Shown here in pieces: positions 29,982 through 41,530 of a stretch of 64,000 nucleotides of DNA. A model generated the notes under the pieces. The model searched no databases and was not told the origin of the DNA. It saw only the letters and a program-made list of their open reading frames with translations. Both the position numbers and the translations under genes were made by a program. How positions within the stretch are numbered: position 1 is the first letter of the stretch; every line of letters starts with the position of its first letter. This DNA is from the human T2T-CHM13v2.0 reference genome, Homo sapiens, in assembly GCF_009914755.1 (NCBI RefSeq), contig NC_060931.1; one strand, given 5' to 3'.

Positions 29982-30146
29982 AGGAAAGGTTTGCAACCTT
30001 TCTGCATGCACAAAAATAATCTGGAGTAATTTAAAAAATATACACAGATTCCTGGACTTACTTGCAGAAAATCTGATTCAGTGGGTCTGAGTTGAATCCC
30101 AGTTGTCTTCATTTTTAACATACAGGTGGTTGAACTAAGAACTGTA
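29982..30146. mobile_element. MER5-type hAT MITE
   Basis: aaaatatacacagattcctgg...tctgattcagtgggtctg...catttttaaca...aagaactg. Confidence 0.65.
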
Positions 30147-31259
30147 TCTTGGATAAAACCTGCTCTAGGGACCGAGTTCCCAGGATCCAGAAAATCCTTT
30201 TATGATGGGACCGCATGAGTATGCTGCCTTCTCATTACCCCTAGCAGCACAGAACCTGCTGTCTGTGAACAAGCTGGCATTTTTTTTTAAGGCTAATGTG
30301 GAACTCTCCTCATTTGGAAATAAGGTTTCAAAGAAGAAAATCATCTCACGTGGCTGTTGAAGACTATTTTGAAGTCCTAGGAGAAGCCTTCAACAATATT
30401 ACACCATTAGTATAAAGATAATTTATTGGCATCAAAATGATCAAGCCAGAATTACAGTTTCTTTTTTTTTTTTTTGCTTTCAATGCATGCATCTGGCATC
30501 TGAGTATTATTTAGTTGGTTTCAAAAGGGGTTTCAATTCACCAAGACCAAATTTCTTTATGAAGCTGTTACCACCATCACCACTGTTACTATTCCCAAAA
30601 CCACATTCTCTGTTGGATCTTTGTACTTCAGTTAAAGCACTTATGTTTATATCATAAGCACTTTGTATGGGCATTTGTCTCTATAACCAGATTATCAACC
30701 CCTTAGAGGTGGGAAAATATCTTTTTAAATCTTGGTATGAAGTATACAAAGTGTTTGATGGATGATGACCTAGAAGGCTATCTATAACTATTGACTCAGT
30801 TAAATTATATATTTTTTTCCCCAATCATGCAACTGCATTAAATACACTGAATATAATTAGCATTTTTCATAAGTTTTTATAACTTTAAAGATTAACATCT
30901 TTTTCTAGATATGAGTCATAAGCTGGGAAAAATGGAAAGAAAAAATTAAAGAAAAATGGAAAGAAAAAATATTACCAAAAATATAGTTTCAAAACAAAAG
31001 CAAATTTTGGAATAATTATTTCCAGAAATTTAACTGGATTACATCTACCCTTTCATTACAGAAAAAAAAGATAATAATGAATTGCTTCCTAATTTTTCTT
31101 ATTCTCCTAGCATCTACTGCAGGTGTGACTCAACACTCTCCACCTCCCCTGACCCCTTCCCTGGAGCAGCATCTACTTTCTCTGTTTTTACTAATACTAT
31201 AATAATATTATATACTAATAAAACTATATAACCAACATGAAATTGAGAAGTGAGGAAAC

Positions 31260-31724
31260 TGGATAATTTATGCTTCCAACAGTTTTTTTAGCTCCAAATT
31301 TAGGGAACCTGCTCTGCACCTATACCTGTGCAACCTGGAAGTGCAGGCAAAATAATGCCCCATAGGGCAAACCTCTACCCAATAAAGGGTGAAGAACAAA
31401 TTCTCCCTGTGTTTTTCCCTTAAATGGATGGTTGTGAAATACCATTCATATGGCTCTTCTGATGGTCCTGGAGGATCAAGTCACCAGCTGTTTTCTTTGG
31501 TGGCCAATGCAATAATGTATCCTTATATTGGCCCTTCTTTCCTTCCTTCCTTCCTTCCTTCCTTCCTTCCTCCCTTCCCTCCTTCCTTCCTTCCTCCCTT
31601 CCTTCCTTGCCCCCTCATTTTCCCTTTTTCCTCACTTGTGCTTTTCAGGATTTCACCAATCAAGTACTCACACATAAGTCTTTGCCTCAGACTCTCCTTT
31701 CTAAGGAAGGAAACTAAGCAAAGA
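31260..31724 (+). mobile_element. LTR16-type ERVL LTR
   Basis: aacctggaagtgcagg, ggggcaaacct-like, ccttatattggcccttc, gtctttgcctcagactctcctttctaagga...ctaag. Confidence 0.7.
31534..31610 (+). repeat. (CCTT)n/(CCCT)n polypyrimidine microsatellite
   Basis: Direct reading; lies inside the LTR16-like element. Confidence 0.95.
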
Positions 31725-31864
31725 TATTATGAAAGTTGAGAGGAGCAGTGGTGAGAAAATACAAAATGGTAGAAATTCTAAAGTTAGTTTGAAAATCTTT
31801 GAAATGCAGTAGGTGATGTTTTGCTTAGACTGATATAAAAATATACCTGTATTAATAACACTAT

Positions 31865-32050
31865 AATGCCTGATTGTCTTTAAAGGGTCTTTTTTACAGT
31901 TTGGATTTAGACAAAGACCACACATTGCACTTCATAAGTTTCTTAAGGTTTCTCTTAATGTAAGCCAATCTCTTTCCTCTTTTAAATGCTACTTATTTGT
32001 TCAAGAAACAGGGTCATTTGTCCTGCAGAATGGCCACATTCTGAATGTGC
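31865..32050 (-). mobile_element. L1MC/ME 3' fragment
   Basis: ccacacattgca...ttgttcaagaaacagggtcatttgtcctgcagaatggccacattctgaat. Confidence 0.6.
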
Positions 32051-32512
32051 GTGTCATTATCTTATTTCCTCCAGAATAACATGGAAATACAAAAGAAAAC
32101 TCCTCTAAACTATTGCCAAAGGGCATTTTTTTTCCTTGATAAAGATTCTGTATCTCCTGTTCTTTGGGGGATTGGTAGTACTACTTGGTAAATGAATGGG
32201 TCAGAAATGAAATGTGTATTTTCTTATTACTGGGAAACAATGGAATTTTAGCTCAACCTTGACAGATACATGTTTATAAATTATCATTTTTCTGCCCCTA
32301 TATATATACGTACATATATATATACATGTTTGAACAGGAGAAAAGGCATACAATTTATTTAATGCATACACAATGTGTGCATGGGGAGAATCACAGAGTG
32401 ATTGCCCACCTCACAGTGGGGCTCAGAAGCTTATATACTATCCTGGAAAAACAGGAGAACTATTTTTTTTACACCAATAATGTGATGATTTTTGTGGCTG
32501 TCACCAAAATGC

Positions 32513-32690
32513 TAGAATTCTAGACTTGCAATGGATCCCAAAAGTCACCTGCTCTAATGCTTTTGCTTTCCAGGTGAACAAACGCAGGCTCCGGGATGCC
32601 AAGTGACTTCATATCAACATCACCCAGCAGATTAAGGGAACTGGGCCCAGAATCCTAGGCTCCTGACTACCCAGTCCTGTGCCCATTCTA
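32513..32690 (-). mobile_element. MIR
   Basis: aagtgacttc...tcacccagc...agaatcctaggctcctgactacccagtcctgtgc. Confidence 0.65.
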
Positions 32691-32872
32691 GTGGCCACTA
32701 TACTCACCCACTGGTTGTAGCCATATCTGGCTTAGGCTGGCAACACTTTTGAAGCAAGGATGATGCTTTCTTTCTTTTGCCCAAGACCATTCTTCATATA
32801 ATAAGACAATTAACAGATTGTGGGTTTGATTTATATGTATGGTGAACTAACACTGGCATGTATCTGAAAGAT

Positions 32873-33483
32873 TGAGGCAGGAGAGGTAGTCAAGGAAGTA
32901 ACCACGTCTTTCAGACGTGGCAACCGTGATGACCACCAACACAATAAGCCCTGGTGTTGACACTGTAGTCAAGCTCATTCAAGCAAAGCTATTTTCAGTA
33001 GGGAATTTCCTCTGTAGAGAGCATGCACATTTTGATTTTACCTGTCCTCAAACTGACCCTTTGCTCATTATAATACTAATATAAAAAATACTAATATTAA
33101 AAAAACCCCTGGGTGGAGATTTAAGACGTTAATGAGACATGCGACCTATGAATAAGCATGTACAGCTACTGCACATGTGCATCCAGAGGACCACCCACAA
33201 TATGCTTACTAGTAACATCTCCTTCCACACCCTTATGAATAATCATGTAAGATTCCCATAAGGGTAGTCTCCCTAGGGCCAGTCCATGCTTTCTCTTCTT
33301 TATGAGCAGCCTGCCATGAATCCTCTCTCAGGGTGCACTGTCTATTCTGCACCCAGCTTTTAGAATATTCTTTCTCTTTTGCAATAAATTGCTCTATGCT
33401 GCAGCTCCTTTGCTGTGTGTCTCTTCTTTAAGTTCTTTTAAACTAATAAGACAAGAACTGAGGTCTCACAACAGCCATCAACA
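32873..33483 (+). mobile_element. Complete primate ERV1-class solo LTR (~610 bp)
   Basis: TG (tgaggcagg) ... CA (catcaaca) termini, perfect 4-bp TSD agat (32869-32872 / 33484-33487), AATAAA at ~33383; exact family not assigned. Confidence 0.88.
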
Positions 33484-33986
33484 AGATTGTTGAAATTCTG
33501 GAAGAGTGATTTTCCCCATGGGTAATACATTATTCTTTTTATTATTTCAAAATACAGAGTGTGAAGTCAGTTATTCTATCATGCTGACTTCCATCATTTC
33601 CAGTTAATATTTCTAAAGATGCATGAAATTAAGAGAGAAAAATAGGAGTGTGAACTACCAGGAAGCATATATAAGAATGATACTGATGGTTTGGTGAATA
33701 AAATAACCCAGATTTGGGGTAAGAGTATTTCCCACTTTTAGAGGAGTTGAAAAGTTAAAACCTTTGTCAGTAAACATTAAAGTTCTTGCTAATTTATTTG
33801 AAGTAAATTACGAAATAAATTCTTTAGAAGGCAGCTTCTGCTGACTTATAGTCTGAAATTTGCATTAGGGCCATCATTATTACTTGTAGGGTTTCCCCAG
33901 CATCTGTGGCATTCTGTCTGTCCTGGAAGGGCTGTTTGGTTCAGCCTTCAGTGAGAAGTAAATATAAGGAGAGTCTGGTGTTGCTG

Positions 33987-34323
33987 TGCTATAGACTGAA
34001 TATTTGTATCCCTCACACTTGTATGTTGAGCCTCTTAACCATCAGTGTGATGGTATTAGGTATAAGTCTTTGGGAGGTGATTAGGTTATGGGGGTGGAAC
34101 CATCATGAATGGGATTAGTGCCCTTACAAAAGAGACATCAGAGAACTTCCTTCCCCTTCTGTCATGTGAATACTGGTGTCTGTGAATCAGAAACGGGACA
34201 CTGAATCTGCCGGTGCTTCAATCTAAGGCTTCCCAGCCTCCAGAACTATCAGAAATAAATTTGTTGTTTATAAGCCACTTCATCTACGTTTTTTTGTTAT
34301 AGCAACCCAAATGGACAAAGAAA
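33987..34323 (+). mobile_element. MLT1A0-type MaLR LTR
   Basis: tgctatagactgaat...atgaatgggattagtgccctta...cttcccagcctccagaact...aataaatttgttgtttataagccac. Confidence 0.88.
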
Positions 34324-34334
34324 GCTACATAACA

Positions 34335-34515
34335 TTCCTGTTCAAACTCCAGCTCTCTCACTTACTATTGCATGACTTAGGACAAAAGTTTTGAAACTTT
34401 TTCAAATTCCAGTTTCTTTATCTAGAAATGGTCTTATTGAGGATTAAATGAAATAATGGTTGTAAAGCACTTAGCATTGTAAAGCAGCTGGCATACAGGC
34501 AGTACTACATTATAA
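34335..34515 (+). mobile_element. MIR
   Basis: gttcaaactccagctct...cacttact...tgaggattaaatgaaataat...taaagcacttagca. Confidence 0.8.
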
Positions 34516-37419
34516 TGAACTCTTACAATCTTCTACAACAAATGAGACCTTTCTGTTTATTCAATTAAAATATCACAATGGGGAAAAATGACAGGAACTA
34601 TGGTAAGGTTCTTATACAAGAGGGGGTTTATCATTATTCAAAAGTAGACTATATGTGTATCTATATATGTATGTGTATATATATGTTAAAGATGAATAAA
34701 ACATAAAATATTACAGTGGTTCATTCAGGAGGGGGCTGAATAGCACTTCATTTTGACAAGCTAAAATGATAGAAGAGATTCATCAAAAGTCAGTACCAAG
34801 TTATGTAGATTCATTTTTTCCAAAGGATCATAAAATTGAAAAAAGGTTTTGCCGGTTAAAAGGAAATATTTCAAATGATCATGGACATGATTTTGTATTT
34901 TATAGAGCAAGAACTTAATATCTACTCTTTTAAATTTTTTTTTAAAACTCATAATCTCTACAATTATGAAAATTAGCTGGGCTATTGATTTATTTAGCTT
35001 GCTTCATTGGTTTGGATTAATTGGTTGGTGAGAGTTTATTGAAAGGAACTTAATCTCTTGGTGGGAACAACACTAATGTTAAAAGATAAACTAGTAGATG
35101 TACACTCTTGTCCACTTAGCAAAGTTGGAGAAATCTGGTTAGAGGTTTATCGTAATATTTGAGGGCTGAGAAGAGCAGCAACATTTATTTGAAGAAAGCC
35201 AGAGAATCTAATTACAGAAGAAAGAAGAGGTAAGGAAAAAGAAAAGGGAATGCACAATGGTGATAAGTGGGGTGTATGTGGGGAGCGTGGTCATGAAGCC
35301 TGATCATTTATCACATGAAATACTGGGTTGAGCTGAGGTTGAGTAATGTTGGACACTGCAAAGGCCCTATCCTTACTCCCTGAACCTTGGGGTAATCTTT
35401 AGACATTACCATTAATTATTTAGACTCAGAAGGCTGCAAAAACATCTTGATTCATTGGCAAAGTGACAAGCATATGGTGTGTTTTGCAAACCCCTAGCTT
35501 TCTGTTGAGGGGAGGCTAACATTAATTTCTTACAAATCCTGCAGGGACTTTCCAAGCCAGCCATTGTTAACATAGTTCAACTTCGAAGTTACAGAGCTTG
35601 GAGTAGTTTTGAAAAATAAGTTAGATACAAATGAGTGGCTTTATTCTGACTGGTGATGAGGAAGCTTCTGTGGCACCCTAGCTTTCCTGCAAAGAGCAAC
35701 AGAGCATCGGACAGCTTTGCAGCTTGATTGATAGTGAAGGTGGCAGTCTATTTAGTGGGTCCTACAGGATGGTGCTCGGAATCTGGTGTTTCCCACAGAG
35801 CTTGGCACTCTATCAGCCCTGGCTCAGGCAAGAGTCCTGATTCTGATTCACTGAGCATGTGGCATGATCATGATCAGGCTGCCCTCTGGTTGAGGGAGAT
35901 GAAAAGCCCACCCTCTCCCAATACACAGCTGTTGGAGGGCAACCCCCTATGGAAACATGAGAGGTGGGAGAGAGTGAATGGGGAGAGGTATGGTTGTATG
36001 AAATGAAAGACATACAAAGAACCCCTCATTGTCTTCAGCTCAGATACATATTATTGTATGGACTGCTTCTGACAGGTCATCAAATTTAAGCCCCAAAATT
36101 CCCTATGTTCTAGGGATAGATTAGTTCTACTTTCAATGCTGCGATAGACTTTTAGTGACTCCCTGGGCAAATAATTCACTTCTTGGCCTCTGTCATCTTT
36201 GTCAGCTCTTGGACCTACTCAAACCCCCATCAGAAAGGCAAGGTAATGTTTGAATTTTATTTATTGAACAAGTTGAATTGAAGGGAATTTGGACAAAAAT
36301 TCTCTCTCATGGCAATAAGGGCTAGCAATTAAGGTACAAAGAAATGAAACTTATCTTAAGAACTAAGAAAAAAAAGCTGTTGATAGTACCAGCAGACGGT
36401 AAATAATATCAGCTATTCAGTCGACTCAGTCTGAAATTGAATGGGAAAGTAAAGGCAGCCAGCCCCATTTGGCAGTTCCATCTGCTCTGACCGGTTGAGC
36501 ATTAAGGAAGAGAATGTGAGCAGGTATAAACAAGATTTAGATAAAAAGTATTTCTGGCTTAAGAAGCTGTGTGTTCACCCTGGGCCAAAATGATCAATCC
36601 TGGATTGTTCATAGGCAATTCGACCTCTTCTGCCAAAGAATCAAACTTTCTATTTTGAGAGGGGTCATCTGGTCTGTTTCAATGTGCTTCAGGCAAATCC
36701 ACCTATAAATTAGGCCAGAGATAGAAGCATTGACCGTATTTTTTAAAAGGCTTCCCTGTCTGGAAACCTTTTTCTTATGTACAATCAAAACCTTTTTGGT
36801 TGCAAGTAAACCATTTTCCTTCCATTATTTCCCCAGTGAAAATAAAATATAAAGAAGAGTAACCACCTGTTTTCATAAGAAAGCCTTTAATGTATTGTGG
36901 CCATGTAACCACTCTCCCATCTTACCCAAGTTATGCAGTCCTAGTTTTGTTAGTATTTCTCCATACATGCTTTCTCCAAGTACATTAGCACCTGTTGCAT
37001 GCTCTCATGAGTGGACTAGCCCTATATTTCATTCCTCTTCCTATTGAGGTTCTCACTCCTGCACCAGAACGTTCTAGGAAAGTGCAAATATTAGCAACAG
37101 CAGGATGTTCATCTAATTTGTGACTGTGATTTCTCAGCTTTGTCCACGTGTGCTTTATCCTAACAAGCTAACATAGGATCATTGCTACAGTCTTTTTGGT
37201 GCTTCTCAGGTTCAAGCCCACATTCTTCTCATTTCTGGATGCCACTTTCCAGCTATCAGACTGTCTTCTTCACAGAGAAGGTGCACTGTAGAGCAGAGAT
37301 GGTGGGCTCAGCAAGAAGCATGCAGAGAGCTACTCCTGGTCCCTTAACGGCCATTTCCTCTTCTATGCCCTTGTGCATGCTGTTTGGTTGTATTGGCATT
37401 TCACCCAATAGTCTCTTCT

Positions 37420-37652
37420 TCTCCATGGAAATCTTCTATCCTTCTTTGGGACCCAGCCCAAATGTCGTCTCATTAAACCTCTATGATGGGTGAGGTACTT
37501 CATTCTACTCCTGCAGACACCTTTATTATCTAGTCTCCAAATGGAGGTCTAAGGCATCAAGGTAGGGACTTTAATTTTTTAAATATTCCCAGCATCTAAA
37601 AAGTACTTGGCACATAGTAGATGTTCCATAAATGTTTGCTGAATTAATTAAT
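37420..37652 (+). mobile_element. L2 3' end
   Basis: ttcccagcatcta...ttggcacatagtagatgttccataaatgtttgctgaatt. Confidence 0.7.
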
Positions 37653-37783
37653 TAAATACTGGCATATAGAAGAAAAAGGCTTGAAAGTCACTAGCATGGA
37701 AGTTTTTTATTGAATTCCTAGGAGAGAGGAAAGGGAAAGAGAGAGCAAACAGCTCTCTGGAATCCAGCCACAGAAAAACTTCA

Positions 37784-37785
<2 letters not shown>

Positions 37786-37828
<43 letters not shown>
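37786..37828 (+). repeat. (TG)21 microsatellite
   Basis: Uninterrupted dinucleotide run. Confidence 0.98.
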
Positions 37829-37830
<2 letters not shown>

Positions 37831-37984
37831 TGGAAGGTGAGCTAGCAAAGGAAGTCATGGTCTGCTCAGATTGCTAGAAGAAGTAGGGTATTGTCATGTT
37901 ACAGATGTGGAGAAAGAGAGTTTCAAGAAGGAACATTTTAAAAATAAAATCTAAGCCCTGAATCTGGGCTCTGCATGTTTGAGC

Positions 37985-38280
37985 CCCTGCCTACCTCTCT
38001 TCCAAGCTGTCTCCTGCTTCATACACCTGGTGCCAACTGTTGTCCCCCTGCTTGGAGCACCCCTGTGCTCCTGCTTCTCAGACCTCATTTCCATTTTCTG
38101 AGGCCTCCCTGAAATGCCCCCTCCCCACCACTCTTCCCGCATGACTCTCCTTTTCAGCCTCCTGCTTATTTCCTTCACAGAACTGATCAGATTTTAACTA
38201 TATTAGTCAGGCATGCAAGTATTTTATTTTTTCGTCTGTCTGCCCCTAGCATGTGAACTCTATGAAGGATGGGACCTAGT
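37985..38280 (+). mobile_element. L2 fragment
   Basis: Pyrimidine-rich body ending tgtctgcccctagcatgtgaactctatgaaggatgggacc. Confidence 0.6.
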
Positions 38281-41229
38281 GGGAGGAATAGATAAAAAAT
38301 AATAACATAAGGCAGATGTGGATCTGGATCCTGACTAGAAGCCACACACTTACTGGCAACAGGCTATTTTTCTGCTCACTTCACTAGTCATGCTCACCTG
38401 CTCCCCTGCTCCCCTGCAGGGCTGGGACTGGGCACTCTCTCTTTTTCCTTGTCACTGAATTTTATAGGCTACTCTTTCCACTTCTCTGCCAAGACAGGGC
38501 TATCCCCCATCCATTTTAAATGCTTCAAAATGAAGACTTCTTCCTCAACTAGAACTTTTGAACTGTGCCTTTGATTTCCTGTTCTTCTCTTTTTTAATGA
38601 AGTCAAGTGGTAGGGCAATAATCTCAAGGAATTTTCCAGCCCCTGGAGATCCCTGCAAGAAGGGTCCATCAGGGAGGGGGTGAATTCATTGCTATTTTGG
38701 GCTTCGGAAGTGGGAGTAGTGAGTTGAGTTGCCTCCCGTCGCCTGCACCACGGGGCGCGTGTAAAATCTCTGCAAACAGTCCCAGTGTGCTTATAAAACC
38801 TCAGGTCACTGACAATTGCAGTGCTCATTTGCTGTGGCCAATTTAGCACTAATAAGCTGAAACTGGGCTTCAGGGATTTGTTGCCATGGCATGTAAACTC
38901 CCTTTAGAAACACATTTCCCAACAAGAGATTGCAGCCTAATAGATTTTTCCCCCTTCTCCATTTTTGTAAACTGACTTGTAGCTCATTTTGGAAGCATTT
39001 CCCCATTAGCTGACTCTCTGCTGCCATCTTTGTCAGTGCTGGAGTTCCACCGGGGGACAGTCGCCTGCTGTGGTCACCTGCAGGGAGAAGGGATGAAGAA
39101 CTATCAGAGTCCCGGCTTTCCCCATGTCTGGAAAGAGTGGAGAGGAACTGGGTCTTGCTGAGCAAGTCCAGCCCTGCCAAACCCAGTTGCTTTCACATGT
39201 GTGTAGCAGACCTCGGCTGAGCACACAGCCTGGATGCCAAGGACAGGCCCTGGGCCAAAGTACCCAGGTGGGCCTGGTGCTCTTGTCCCTGCGGCCCTCT
39301 GCAGGGCTGGCCCTTGGACACGTCCAGCTGACACACACCCAGTACTTCACAGATGGCAGATGCCTACCCCTGCCGGGAAGGAGCCCACTTGGAAGCTCTG
39401 TATGATCCTGGTCACCTCGAGCCAGGAGAAGTCACTCTATTCTCAGTGACTTGGAGCCTCATGCTCACTTCTCCTGGTGAGACAGCTGATCAAACACCAG
39501 GCCTCACAACTTCCACACATTTGGAACAACACGGAAAGGCGGCTATTTCCTACAAGCACGAATGTAGCTCTCTCCCTACAGGTAATTCCAGTGGATTTAG
39601 GAGACCTCCTAGACTTGCTGTGGTTGCCAGCTTGAAGCTCGTCTGTAAACACTGACATGTCGGATTTGTCCCAAATAAGAAGGCCTGTCGTTTCCTCCAG
39701 TCCCACTCGAGGCCTGGGGACACAGAAGGAAAGAACCCTAGTTCCAATCAAAGCAACATTTTACCAGAAATCTGGCAGGCGCATGGCCTCCCCGTCCCCC
39801 TAGGCTGATTATGGAGTGCAGTCGCCTAATTGTTTGTGATGTGCCAAAACCCCGTTAGGAGTTTGCTCGTTACCTTGGAAGTTCTGCCAAAAAATTCTCT
39901 GTAGTTCTGGGCAGAGACACATGGAGACACTTTTGGGGCCAACTTTCTTTCATTACATTCAGCTAAAATGCAGACTGTCCTGAGAGAGGGGAGAGTGACT
40001 GGGGCAGGGGGAGTGAATAGGGGGTAGGAGAGGTTGGCCATGGGATTAGTTACAGCTGAGGGCCTGGCTTCACTTTCTCAGTTCCTCTGTTAGAAAATCA
40101 CCACTTTGCAGTCATACGTGCTCCATTACCCAGGAGAGGCAGCTAACAGACACAAGGTTCAGGCTAGTCACCTGGTCAGGAGCTGCAAGGATGGTGGCCC
40201 ATCGCCCAAGCACCACGGTGGTGGCAGAAATCTGCCCTCCCCTGGTGGTGCCAGTCCTCTGTGGTGGGAGGCTGGCATAAGATTGAAAACTACAATTTTT
40301 CTCCTATAAGGAAGGGTTTGTGTGCTTCATGCATGCATGTGTGTGACAGAGACAGAGGGACAAAATGATACTGTTATGTGTGTTTTTGGGATTCTTAACC
40401 CAACTATCTCCTAACATCCTAAATTTAATGTAAAATATACAGATTATACAGGAATCAAATGATTTACAATGGACTGACCCTGGCAGATGCTTGGCCTCTC
40501 TCTGGCCTGAGCTTCAGGCCTCCTGCCATTGCCCCACACTCATTGGTCAAAGCCCCACACCTTCCAGGGCACAAGCTGGCCCCTTCTTTCCTAATGAATG
40601 TTAGCATGCACCCGATCCATCTATGCCTGTCAAGGACGTCACTCACACTTTGACTACAACTAGCAAATCAAACAAACACCTGGTGGCCAGATCTCCCTTG
40701 CCAGGGTGTTCTCTCTGTAACACAGATGGGAGGCAGGCACTAGATTGTTGCTGGGTGGGTGGTGAAATCCCGGTACAAAGAGGAAGGCCAAGTCCTCTCT
40801 CAGGTCTTAGGAAACCTGCGGCCTCTCTCCCTCTGATCTCCGACTGCCGGACTCAATCACTACAGGCAGTGTGGTCTCATTTAAAGAAAAATAAGTCCTG
40901 CTGGGCAAGAAGTTGGGAGGACTGTATGTTATTAGTTCCTTGGCGTTTGGATAGGAGTGTCAGCCAGGTAAATTATTTTCTACCTTTATGTTTCAATTTT
41001 TCTCCAATTTTTACTCCATCCCATCCCCACTCAACCCTGAATAATGGTGGCATCAATAACTTCCTTGTGAGACTGTGGTGAAAATGGATTATGTGGTTGG
41101 TGCATTTGGAATTCCATAAAGGAAATGGGCTACAAATTCAGATATCATCACAGGTTGACCAGAGAGACAGGTAAATGACACTGCAGAGAAGGGACAAACT
41201 TGGTGGTGGTGATGAACAGCTCATGAGAT

Positions 41230-41530
41230 AAGGCTAGGCTTCATTAAGGCCACACAGTTTTGGATGTTCTTGTTGGGTGTCTATTTAAAGAGGATTGTGG
41301 GCCAAATGACAACTGCCAGATGGCAGCATGACAGGTAGAAACACCAAAGAACCAGAGGGTGTTTATTCTGGAGGACACAGGAGTAAGGGGACAACTAAAG
41401 TTTTTAAGCATTTGAAGGACTGCTGCTTTGAGGGAAGATTAGAGTTGTTCTGAGTAATCCTTGATAGGTGAAGGACTTCTGAGATTTGAAAAATCTAAAG
41501 GAAGACATTTCAAACAGTTAGAATCGTCTG
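41230..41530 (+). mobile_element. L3/CR1 fragment
   Basis: gtgtttattctggagga...aagcatttgaaggactgc...gggaagattagagttgttctg. Confidence 0.6.

Noticed and set aside
33135-33182. p53 response element in the ERV1 LTR
   Set aside because: CATG cores are present, but the half-sites mismatch RRRCWWGYYY and are not properly adjacent
38469-39751. Dense overlapping ORFs on both strands
   Set aside because: Expected from higher GC (fewer stops); no peptide resembles a known family
38700-39900. CpG island or gene promoter
   Set aside because: CpG density by eye is too low for a canonical island; kept only as a candidate element
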